The translations under genes were made by a program, and so were the position numbers. From assembly GCF_004010195.1 (NCBI RefSeq), contig NC_057754.1, forward strand, positions 8,584,214 to 8,648,213: 64,000 nucleotides of DNA. Direction: 5' to 3'. Within the stretch, counting starts at the first letter, position 1. Every line of letters begins with the position of its first letter. A model generated the notes under the pieces. It saw nothing but the letters and a program-made list of their open reading frames with translations, was not told the origin of the DNA and did no database searches. The stretch is from Chiloscyllium plagiosum (taxonomy: Eukaryota). Below are positions 35,731 through 46,980 of this stretch, piece by piece.

Positions 35731-36500
35731 GGTTCCCTAGAGAGATTCAGTCTGACCAAGGTTATAATTTTACTGCTAGGCTGTTTAAGGAAGTCATGCA
35801 TAGCTTAGGCAAACACCATTTTAAATCAAATACATATCATCCTGAATCCCAGGTAGCTTTGAAAGATAGCATCAGAACCTGAAGACCATGTTGAGAGCAT
35901 ACTGTCAGGATTACCTGAATGATTGGGATAAAGGTATCCCATTTATATTGTTTGCCATTAGAGATGCCCGACATGAATCTACTCAGTTTACTCCCTTTGA
36001 GTTAATATTCGAACATGAAATGAGAGACCTTTGAAATTAATTAAAAAAGGAACTGACAGGACTGAAGTCAGAGACCTCACTCTTCGATTATTTATCAGAG
36101 GTGAGGGAGAGATTAAATCAGGTAGGTGAGTTCGCTAAACATCACCTAAAAAGGGAACAGCATAGAATGAAGCAGGTGGCAGATAAAACTCTGAAATTCA
36201 GGTATTTTCCCATTGGGATGATATATTAGTATTGTTACCAGTGGTAGGAGATTCCTTCAAACCCAGGTTTAGTGGTTCCTATCAAATCGAGAAAAAGTTG
36301 TATCAAGTGAACTACATGGTAAAGATGCCGGACAGGAAAAATCTGTATCGGGTATGTCATGAAAATATGTTGAAATCTTGTTATCATAGAGAGAAGGAAC
36401 TGGAGAAACAGTTGTTTTTTAATGCCCCACAGAGTGAGGAATCAAATCCAGATGCCGTGGAGTTTGATGTGCCTCAAAATACGTTAAACAATGAGGATGC
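35731..36500 (+). mobile_element. Gmr1-type Gypsy integrase C-half (continuation of 30677-31058)
   Basis: FPREIQSDQGYNFTARLFKEVM...YHPESQ...DWDKGIPFILFAIR...PRFSGSYQI...CHENMLK. Confidence 0.88.
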
Positions 36501-36796
36501 CATTGAGGGACGTGGGGTGTGTGGATGGCAAACAACAGAGATGGTGGGACAGGCTGGGGCGGTGTGGAGTGAGGGTGGTGGAAGCTGTGTTGTTACTCAC
36601 AAATCCCTGCAACCAAAACTGTTCATGGGCATTTGTTTATTCAGTGGATTGTAACTAATATTACTGATCTTACCCTAAAGAAGTCCTTGGAGATTTCGCT
36701 TTCATATAAGTAAGCGACACTGAGTGTGTTTTGTACGAACACACACAGAAGGAAAAAAATACTTGTCAGTGCAGTTATTGAAGTTTCTCACAAGAA

Positions 36797-36866
36797 ATGG
36801 GATACCCTACAATTTTTCAGGTTGATCTAATTTACTATCCAGTTCTGGCTGCTATCAGTATTCCAG
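36797..36866 (+). CDS. GPR139/GPR142-like class A GPCR, copy 2, coding exon 1
   Basis: MGYPTIFQVDLIYYPVLAAISIP followed by CAG|GTGAG donor; 2 nt differences from copy 1 exon 1. Confidence 0.88.
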
Positions 36867-38069
36867 GTGAGATCATGGAACAGTGCTGTCCAAGTCGAAA
36901 AGTGATGTGTGCTAACAAATGTAATCCATTCTCCCTTTGCTGGTATGGCTTAAATGTAAAGAGATTGTCCTGTTTTCCGAAATGGTTCACGAATTGGAAC
37001 GATTCTTCAATTTGCACCTCAGCTAACGTTCAATCAGTTAATGCTTTCAGAGTTATTGATAAAAACTCCCACCCAGAATGGCACTGAGATCAGATCAGAA
37101 ATGAAATAACAACTCCTTCAACTTGCCAGCATTAACATTGCTGTCATGCCTTTGTCAAGGTGATTTCTACAATTGTTTCTTTGCAAAATGATTTCATGTG
37201 TTACATTGCAGAGTCCTGCCTTGTTTACTTGTCGTTACATCTGCTGTTTTTATGCATGTTATCCTATAACCTGGATGCTTAACTGGGTTAATGTGAATGG
37301 AGAATTGGTGATTTTCTTCTGTTGATGTGTGATCTTGTCGTCATATTTTCTATTTTGCACTTTTCCCTGTCGGACTAACTAGTGTTTGATCCACTCATTA
37401 AATTGTACACCCAGAGTTTTGCCCAGGCTTCTTTGATGTTTAGATAAAGGTATAAAGTTTTTACCCAAAGTATTCATTTAAAAATTCAGCAATAAGTGGT
37501 TCTGTTCTGGAAATGTGTGTTTAATTATACTGAACGGGAAATTTAATTTTGGATAGCTGTCCGTCCTTTGCTGTTGCTGATCACTTTAGATTGACACTTT
37601 CTGGAGAGTTAACGGGGTGACTTGGAATTTACTTGATACTGCAAACCGGATTGACAGTTTCAGGCTCTCAATTTCAAGCGTGTTGAATGTTATTCTGTAT
37701 AAACTATCACTGAATGTGGAGTGTGCATACAGTCTAAAAAGGTAATAATGCTTAGTTAGTGTTAGACACCCAACAGGTGAGTGTGAAAAGGTACGTGGAC
37801 TCTATTTGTTTTATACAGGCATGTTGCCATAATATTTAACTATAATAACTTTTCATCTGCCTTGATCTCAAAAAAATTGAATTTACATTTCTGACATAAA
37901 TTAGTTTGCAATTGGTCATAGAAGGAGTTATTTCAATTATTCATTGTATTTAATTCATCAATCAAAATATGAGCATTTAGTGCAATTTTCTATATAAAGA
38001 TGTTGTTTAAAAGAAAGTATGTAATTTTGACTATCTCATGTTACATTCAGGGTCTTCTGTTTTTCACAG

Positions 38070-38968
38070 TTAACCTGATAGCAATTGTGATCCTTGTTCG
38101 AGGAAAGTGTGGTCTATCCAAGTGCATCACATGCTACCTGGTAGCCATGGCAGTGGCAGATCTAACAGTGGTTATCGTCGATGTGATATTCCATCGGATT
38201 AATTACATGTATTGGCTAATTAGATTCCTTTCCTTGACTCCAGTATGTACTGTCAATCTTGTTGCATACATAGTAGCTGTAGATTGTTCGGTCTGGTTTA
38301 CTGTTGCCTTCACATTTGATCGCTATGTAATGATTTGCTGTCAGAAGATACAATCAAAATATTGCACACAGAAAACAGCTGGCGTGGTTATCGCCATTAT
38401 ATGTGTGATGAGCTGTTTCAGGAGTATCCCATTCTACTATTTTATCGAGCCGGCTTTTATCATTGACAGCGTGCCATGGCATTGTTTTCCACGCATGGAT
38501 GATTTCATTTCTACTTTTCGGAAGGTATATGAGTGGATTGATACCATCATTACCCCTTTATTGCCAATTGTGTTAATCCTGTTGTTCAATGCTTTGACCA
38601 TCAGACACATTATTGTGGCTAACAGATCCCGCACAGGCCTTCTGAGTAACAGCAGCAACCAGAACTGTCCTGAAGGGAAGAATCGGAGAACATCCATGGT
38701 TTTGCTTTTCAGTATTTCTGCCAATTTCGTATTACTGTGGATGACGTATGTTGTACATTCGGTAAACTGGCCAGTGATAAACTACTATTACACAGACAAA
38801 TACCTCAGTAATCCGATGTACATCACCCAACAAGTTGGATTTATGCTGCAGCTTCTGGGTTCCTGCACAAACACGTGTATCTATGGAATTGCGCAGAAAA
38901 AGTTCAGAGAGGAGCTGAAGCATTTGGCAAAATGTTTGTTTACTCTGAATGGGAAATTGTGTCAATAA
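38070..38968 (+). CDS. GPR139/GPR142-like class A GPCR, copy 2, coding exon 2 (322 aa spliced protein)
   Basis: Acceptor ttttcacAG at 38068-38069. Intact 7TM frame with the same motifs as copy 1; about 95% aa identity (15 differences including exon 1). Confidence 0.92.
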
Positions 38969-39439
38969 CAAGGGCGTTACAGTTGACTTTGTAGTTCGTT
39001 TTGCATTTGTGCTGAAGTTATTGTGGTGGATGGAGTGCATTCAAAGAGCTGATTTCCTTGAATGTCTCTTTGTAATGGTCAAATTGTGAAGATATCTCGT
39101 CAGTCAATGAACCATAAAATATATCAAACAGCATGCAGTTATCTTGAAATAATACAATGCAGATTGAGCTTGTTCGTTTTTTTTTTATTTAAAGCTTCTG
39201 GCACTCAGCATACCTCTTGTTGAATGAATGAATGCATTTTTGTCATGTGTATTTTACAGTGAAAAATACAGTGGAAGACTTCCATTTTTGAAATGGTTGT
39301 GGAGCTATCTTGAATATTTTAAGAATACCATAAAGATATATCTTAAAGAGACTCCATAGTCTTCCTGCCACTAGCAGAGATCTGATATGCCAGGGGGAGT
39401 CTGTGCAATCATTTTTCCTCAGACCTTGAAGAACTTGCT

Positions 39440-39915
39440 CCGGAAATCGAAGATCCCGTTTGGAAGTTGCCACACACATAGAACCCTCCTTGGGATCCGG
39501 CTTCCTTCACGGCCCAGTCCTGGCCACCCGACGCCTGGAGGACGAACACCTCAACTTCCGCCTTGGGACCCTCCACCCATACGGGATCAATGCCGATTTC
39601 ACCAGTTTCCTCTTCTTCCTTATCCCAGATCCAACCTCCTTCCTGAACTGTCCTACCTGTCCATCTTCTCTGCTGCACCCTCTGCCCTGACCTATCACCA
39701 TTACCTATCCCTTTCATCTATCTGTCGCATTCCCAGCCCCACCTCCCCTCCCATTTATCTCTCAGTCGCTTGACCCTCCCCCCAACCCCTCCACATTCCT
39801 GATGAAGAGCTTATGCTCGAAACGTTGATTCTCCTGCTCCTCGGATGCTGGCTGTGCTTTTCCAGTGCCACACCCCCGACTCTAATCTCCATCATCTGCA
39901 GTCCTCACTTTCTCC
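39440..39915 (+). mobile_element. Penelope-like 3' fragment with hammerhead-like core (unit 2 copy)
   Basis: ATRRLEDEHLNFRLGTLHPYGINADF; CTGATGAaGAGCttatGCTCGAAACGTT at 39799. Confidence 0.82.
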
Positions 39916-41213
39916 AATCACTCGAGATGACCAGGAAGCGGATGCAGGCGGGAATGGGGAGAAACTGTGGGGTTTGTGCAGTGACATGGCGAGGCCAGCA
40001 GAGAGTGGTGTTGTACTTAAATTAAACTCCGGAGGATCGGGGAGGGAGAGAGGGAGAGGACTCAATTCATCATGGTTTTGATTCGTTCATTCAACGTGTA
40101 CCACATTGCAGGCAGAATGGGTCACACAGAAGCACACGTACAATACAGAAAACCAGCGACACACCAGACCCAGACACACGCACACAGCACACAGAAATAA
40201 ACACAGATATGCATTCATTTCAAAGAGAGAGAGAGAAGTGCATACAGAAGCACACATAGACAGACATAAGAACACACATATACAGACAGAGAGACAACAG
40301 AAAGACACATAGACACAGGAACATACTCATACAAACACGTGAACGGACACACAACACGCAGAGCCGTACAGACATTTACAGACACATTCAGAAAGAAACA
40401 CACACTCTGACATAATGCTCCTCAGTATATAGTCAGGGACGTAGTTGATATGTTTTAACAATCTCATGTTCATTTGTATAAAAACCTCACACTTATTTGT
40501 GCAACAGATCCGTGTAATCATTTGATGTCCATTTGTAAACGGCATTTTGTTTATTTGTAAAATTCTCAGACGAGTAAAAGGCAACTTGCTGACTTGACTT
40601 TGTTCATCTCAGGTCAACTCCCACCTTTTGTTGATGTGTTTGAAAATCCTGTCTTCTTGTGCGATACATGTGTGTTCTGTGGTTGCTGAGTCTGTGTCCC
40701 ATCCTCTAAATGAACATGTGTAGTGGCAGTGTTGTCTCTGTATGGATTTGAGGTCTGGACCAGTGTATGAGGTGCAGAGTTGGGGGGAGGAGAGGGACAG
40801 CCTGAGGCAGTCTGGACTAAACTATTGAGCAGTTGCTTTTCATCACACTTCCTTTCTCATTCACTCCCTGCCTCTAATCTCAAAAAGCTGTCTCTTAGTG
40901 GGCTCCATACTTGGGGGAGGTGTGCTCCAGGTAGAAAGAGCTGGGAGCTGATTGGATGAGCTGGGATTTGAGCAGAGCGCGGTGTTTGAATGACAGACCT
41001 GAGGGTATTTTAAACAGGTCTTAGACGCTATAGTTCCTTTTGTCATATGGACAGAGGAGGAGGTGTCAGAATGATTCTGTCTGTCTGTGTGTATGTGAGA
41101 GAGAAAAATTGTGTACTGTTGGAATCTCAATGCCAGTTTTGATTCTTTAACCTCCCCCTTACCCTGCAGCCCAACCGAAGCAGACCCCAGGAGTCAGGCC
41201 TGTCACTCACAGG

Positions 41214-41826
41214 TGTTAAGGTCCAGGCCAGAACTCCTCAAAACATTTCACTGAGGTAGCCCAGATCCTCACTTTATTAGTTGCTTCATGTAGGTGTAAG
41301 GTGGATATTTCAAGAGAGAATCAGCTGGTAATGCCACTTAGTTTTAACCAAGGCATTTTTAAAGTAAGATTACTGAATGAAACACAAAGAAAAGAAAACA
41401 GAATACCGAACAAATTAACCTCTCCCAAAACCCCACAGATCATCCCAGCTTAATGATGCTGTTCCAAATACTCGCAACAATTCCCATAAACACCCCTGGG
41501 CACAAAAGGTAAAATCAACACAGTGTCGTACAGAAGAGATGCCAGAGAGAGAGTCCCAGCCTCTTTGGGTCCAGCAGCTTTATTCCCCTCACTACTACTA
41601 AAACCCAAACCAAGCCCAGAGAAATGCTGAGCTGGGAGAATTGGACAAGTGTTCTTTTTTTAAAAAGCTTGTAAGCTTTCTGCCTGAGGCAGTATCTGTT
41701 AACTATTACAAAACTGGCCCTAAAACCCTTCAACCCTCGACTTTTTGGAGTCTGTGTCATTTATGACCGCTCTGACAAAAACAGCCAAGGGCACCATAAC
41801 CTTGTTAAAGGAGCAGCTTCATCACA
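41214..41826 (-). mobile_element. Solo LTR, family B (unit 2 copy)
   Basis: Collinear with 21118-21738. Confidence 0.8.
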
Positions 41827-41829
41827 TTC

Positions 41830-43010
41830 CAAACGGGAACGTACTGCAAGGAGGACCGCCCATTCACTGGCGAAATGGGTAACGTGCACTTCCCATCCAT
41901 CACAAAACCACAATCTGTAAAACCTTGTACAGTCATTTCATCTGAGCATAACCAGTGATGCCCTTCTTGGTGGCTCCTTATTAAGTCAATTCATTTGTTC
42001 AGTAGCATTCGTGATAATTATGTGAGTCAGAGGGTCTTTTTGTGACATCAAGGTCCTTTCATGGTACTGCCCAACGTAGTGAACCTGTTTTAGTGAATAC
42101 ATGTGATTGTCTCCATGTCTGGGCATGTATACCACTGTCCCTGTATTCCATCCCACTTGATCGATCTTCTCAGTACCCCATACTCTGCTGACAAAAGTGT
42201 CCCAGGGCCATCTTTTCTCCAATCTATTCTCTTCATTGCTTATCACCCGATTGTGGTCTTGGTGCTGATCCACTTGCAGCAGGTTAGTACTGCTCATTGA
42301 CAGCAGCCAGCTGGCGTAGATTGTATACATCTCTGCTATATGTCCTTCCTTGGATGTATGAGTCAGTTGGTAAAAAAGCGAATCGGCCATATCTTATAGA
42401 GGCTTCAAAGCGTTAATTACAGCTAAAGTAACCTGCCCCTACCGTTTCTAATCATCCCCTCCTTTTTGCCAGTCGTTTCAAAAATTGTTTGACGCTATTC
42501 TGGCCGTGTCGGGGCCTTAGTCAGACTCACTTTAAGTGTCTAATTCATTCATTCTGAACTTTGGCGTAGTGTGGGAGATAAACTGTCAGTCTAATCCCAA
42601 ACAGGTCATACACTTGCTTCAGCACCTTCTCTGTAAAATGAATCCCTCGATCACAGTCGACCTGCAGGGGGACTCCCTTCCCCCCTCTTCGGTATAATCT
42701 CTTCTACCTATATTCTTCCTGAGCAATTCCTGCAGGGGAATGCTCTCACCAACTCTTTTACCTGTTCTTCCTGCTGCATATGGCCTGCAGACGAGGAGGT
42801 GTATCCTAACTGAGCTCAGATCAATGCACAGTTATGAACAATACCAAAGGCAAAACTTACTACCAGCATATGTGTTAACTCTCTGATCCCTAGCTAGTTT
42901 CAGTGCTACTATCAGGGCTTTTAATTCTACCACGTTGGTTGAGTACCTCTCAGGAGTCTGCATGCCTGCCACCTGAATCTCCCTTGACATCTACAGCCAC
43001 TGAAGCATAC
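41830..43010 (-). mobile_element. Decayed class I ERV pol and post-pol region (unit 2 copy)
   Basis: EEIIPKRGKGVPLQVDCDRGIHFTEKVLKQVYDLFGI; collinear with 21740-22940. Confidence 0.75.
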
Positions 43011-43014
43011 AGGT

Positions 43015-43560
43015 CCCCCCTCATTCTCCGATACTCTAAAGTTAAAAAGTCCTAGCTTGTCCAACCTCTCCCAATGACTCAGACCCTTGAGTTCTGGCAA
43101 CATCCTCGTAAATTTCTCCTGCACTCTTTCCAGTTTAATAACATCCTTCCTATAGCAAGGTGACCAAAACTGAACACAATACTCCAAGTGCAGCCTCACC
43201 AATGTCCTGTACAACTGCAACATAACTTCCCAACTTCTTTACTCAATGCTTAACTGATGAAGGCCCGTGTCCCAAAAGCATTTGTCACTGCCCTGTCTAC
43301 CTGGGACTCCACTTCCAGAGAACCTTGCACCTGAACTCCAAAGTCCCTCTGTTCCACTACACTCATTAAGGCCCAACCATTCACCATGAAACTCCTACCT
43401 TGATTTGACTTTCCAAAATGCAAGACCTCACACTTATCTGTATTAAATCCATTTGCCATTTCTCGGCCCACTTTCCCAACTGATCAAGGTCCTGCTGCAA
43501 TTCCTAATGACCTTCCTCTACATACTGCTTGAGGAAGCTTTCCTGAACGCACTTAACAAA
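43015..43560 (-). mobile_element. CR1-type LINE fragment (unit 2 copy)
   Basis: [25 protein letters not shown]; collinear with 24695-25290. Confidence 0.88.
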
Positions 43561-43999
43561 TTCCACCCTATCTAAGCCTTTAATGCACGGGCCCATTCTA
43601 TGTTTAGAAAATTAAAATCCCTGACTGTGGTAACCCTATTGCTCCTGCTAGTCTTCTGAGTCTCCCTGCATATCTGTTTTGCTCACAGATTTCGAATGCA
43701 AGAAGGGGTGAAACTTAATCTAATTTCTCCATAATTAATGTCCAAGCTTTAGTGATTTTGAAATGCCAAATATTCAATATATGTGTTGTTTTTATAGTGG
43801 TTCTCCAACACTGAGTTGCAATGTACATAAGTGGCATGATGATTGTGTGATGCTGGAAAGGCACAGCAGGTCAGGCAGCATCCGAAGAACAGGAGAATCG
43901 ATGTTTCAGGCATAAGCCATTCATCAGGAACCTGCTGTGTTTTTCCAGCACCACACCCTCTCGACTCTGATCTCCAGCACCTGCAGTCCTCCTTTATTA

Positions 44000-44308
44000 T
44001 ATTACATCCCCTACAGTGTGGAAACAGGCCCTTCGGCCCAGTCAGTCAATACCAATCCTCCGAAGAGTAACCCACCCAGACCCAATACCCTCTGACTAAT
44101 GCACCCAACACTACAGGCAATTTAGCATGGCCAATTCACCTGACCTGCGCATCTTTGGACTGTGGGAGGAAACCGGAGCATCCGGAGGAAACCAACGCAG
44201 ACACGGGGAGAATGTGCAAACTCGACACAGACAGTCACCCGAGGCTGGAACCGAGACTGGAACCCTGGCGCTGTGAGGCAGCAGTGCTAACCACTGAGCT
44301 ACCATGCT
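44000..44308 (-). mobile_element. HE1-type SINE (unit 2 only)
   Basis: Full SINE body with tRNA-like head; absent from the paralogous site near 26070. Confidence 0.88.
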
Positions 44309-45329
44309 GATTCTCCATGATGATTGAGGGCGACTCATCCATCGCTGTATTGTGATGTTAAAAATCTGCAGTCAAGTACAGAAATTTGAAGCTATTGACA
44401 AAAGCCTTTTGTATCTTCAATTACCTGAAAAACAAAACAGTATCCATCCCTCCCACTTCAAGCAGAATGGATTAGCGATAGTTCACTATTAATCTGAAGG
44501 AGTGAGAATTAGATCCTAGAAATATGTCAGCAGCCCCTTTCACCTTTACAAAGATAAAAGCCATGTGTTATCGTCCATTTCCAAACAGAAGGAAAGTCTA
44601 TGCTCTTCATTAAATTATATATTTCTTTCAAACTCTTTTATTTCAAATTTCTCACATTTTAAAACATACTATCAGACAACCTACTTCCAAGCAAATTACT
44701 TTTCCAAAATTCCACTTTCCCTATTTCTTAAAGTACCATTTCACACAAATTGATGTTTAAATGAGCAAATCTTATCATCCGGAATGAAAGATTCACCCAT
44801 GGTCAAAATAGTACTTGGAAGTTCACTCTGGCCAGGAAATGTAATTCCAAATGTGATCATTCAATCATAAAGACTCTGAAATTAAACATTTACCCAGGAC
44901 TCTTTCCTCAAACTAAACACAATACAGACAATGCATTTTTGAGGAAGGAAGAAATAAGTTACGCCTTTTGACTTAATTTTCTTTTTCAATTAACTTTAAT
45001 CAACTGTAACCCATTCCAAGAGGAACGTTTTTACCATGTTTAATGCTTAGTGAAACAAATTCTAAATCTGGGGCTGTGGCGTTACAAAAGTGCCTCATAT
45101 TCGAGTGTTTGTATGTTTAGAACTGCCTATTTACAGAAACCTAATTAACTTCCCGAATGTTTCTTTCTGTGGAGAATCTCGTCTAATCCGGTAAATCTAT
45201 ATGGAGACCGCAAGTCTAGCTATGAACATCTACTGTACGTAACTATTAAACCCTTTCAACCATTTTGTGTGAGATAAAACAGCCCAAGCGGCCATCTTGT
45301 TAACTTATCATGGGTCGCTACATTACCCT

Positions 45330-46460
45330 AGCAACGGACTGTGGATCAACCACCTCACTGTTCCCTCCTCTGCTCCTCGAGTCCCAGGCTGCAGACCCAC
45401 CACTTCACTATTCACCTAACAATGACCTGCTCCCACACCCCCACTCGTTTCCCCTAGCAACAGCCAGTTGTCTGACACGCACTCTGTTCTCCTAGCAACG
45501 GTCTGTTACCCTACCCATCTGTTCCCCTAACCCCACACTATGGCTCCTTCAGCAATGGCCTGTGTACCACTCCCACTCTGTTCCCTACCAATGGCCAGTG
45601 GTCCCTCATGCTTCCCCTAGTAATGGCCAGTGGTCCAACAATGACTCAGTTCCTGAGTGAAGACATGCACACCCATTCCCAATCTGCTCCCTTAACAACA
45701 GGCATGGGCTAACCCCCAAACTGCTCCCCAAACAATGGCTTGAAGCACCATTCCCGGTCTGTTCCTTTAACAATTGGCCATATCCTACCACCCCACTTGT
45801 CCACAACAATGCCCTCGAACCCATGTGCCACACACTGTTCCTCTAATAATGCCCTTGAATCCAACTGCTATACTATCACCTAGCAACACCCTTGAACCCA
45901 CCTGCCATACTGTTCCCCAAGCAACACCTTTGAACCCACCTGCCACACTGTTCCCCTACCAATGCCTTTGAACCCACCTGCCACTCTGTTCCCCTAAAAT
46001 GCCCTTGAATGCATCCGACACACTGTTCCCCTAGCAACGCCCTTGAACCCAACTACCACACTATTCCCCTAGCAACACCCTTGAACCGACCTGCCACACT
46101 GTTCCCTTAGAAACGCCCTTGAACCCACCTGCCACACTGTTCCCTTAGAAACGCCTTTGAACCCACCTGCCACACTGTTCCCTTAGAAACGCCATTGGAC
46201 CCACCTGCCACACTATTCCCCTAGCAACGCCCTTGAACCCACCTGCCACACTGTTCCCTTTGCAGTATCCAGTGGTCCAACATCCACTCTGCTGCTTGAG
46301 CAGTGACCTGGGAACTCAACTGAAAACTGCCCCCCGAACAACAGACATTGGTTTCACATTCACACTATACTCTTAGAAATGCACGACTGCCCCCAAACTC
46401 CTTAGTTTCCCCTAGCAATGGCCTTTGGTCCCATTCCCACATGTTTTCCCTGGCAACAGC
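45330..46460 (+). repeat. 38-bp-unit minisatellite (CCTTGAACCCACCTGCCACACTGTTCCCCTAGCAACGC), best conserved 45870-46262
   Basis: gaacccacct at 46121 and 46159 gives a period of 38; degenerate at both ends. Confidence 0.9.
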
Positions 46461-46483
46461 CTGTTGACCTATTGCCTTACTTT

Positions 46484-46790
46484 GGGGCAGCACGGTGGCT
46501 CAGTGGTGAGCACTGCTGCCTCACAGCACCAGGGACTTGTGTTCAATCCCACCCTCAGGCAACTGTCTGTGTGGAGTTTGCACATTTTCCCTGTGTCTGT
46601 GTGGGTTTCCTTCGGGTGCTCTGATTTCCTCCCACAGTGTAAAGATGTGCAGATTAGGTGGATTGGCCATGCCAATTTGGACATAGTGTCCAGGATGTGC
46701 AGGCTTAGCCCTGGGAAATGCAGCGTTACTGGGATAGGCTAGTGGAGTCGGTCCGGGTGTGGTGCTGTTCGGAGGATCGTCAAATGGCCT
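46484..46790 (+). mobile_element. HE1-type tRNA-derived SINE
   Basis: ggggcagcacggTGGCTCAGTGG A box, GTTCAATCC B box and SINE body. Confidence 0.88.
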
Positions 46791-46920
46791 GAAGCCCATT
46801 TGTCCTATACTACTCCATTTTCATCCATATGTTTATCCAATAACCACTTAAATGCCCTTGAAGTTGGCAAATCTACTATTATTGCAGGCAGCATATCCTC
46901 CTACTTCAGCTATAAGTAGG

Positions 46921-46980
46921 AGGTTCAAAGAGTAGAGAGTGCTTTACTTGAAGGTTCAAAGAGTAGAGAGTGCTTTACTT
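46921..46980. repeat. Perfect short tandem duplication (31-bp period)
   Basis: aggttcaaagagtagagagtgctttactt occurs twice. Confidence 0.9.

Larger units (their letters stand above)
36512..45715 (+). repeat. Segmental tandem duplication, unit 2
   Basis: Collinear with 15062-30427; e.g. gatggtgggacaggctggggcggtgtggag at 15091/36540 and aaattctaaatc at ~27081/~45057. Confidence 0.9.

Noticed and set aside
36867..37087. Extension of ORF 36797..37087 beyond exon 1
   Set aside because: It is intron; the paralog has an in-frame TGA shortly after the donor.
45870..46262. Regular 38-bp repeats resembling a CRISPR array
   Set aside because: The units are head-to-tail with no unique spacers, there are no cas genes, and the context is eukaryotic.
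46484..46560. tRNA-like A and B boxes
   Set aside because: This is the head of a SINE found in several copies in the window; I see no full cloverleaf.
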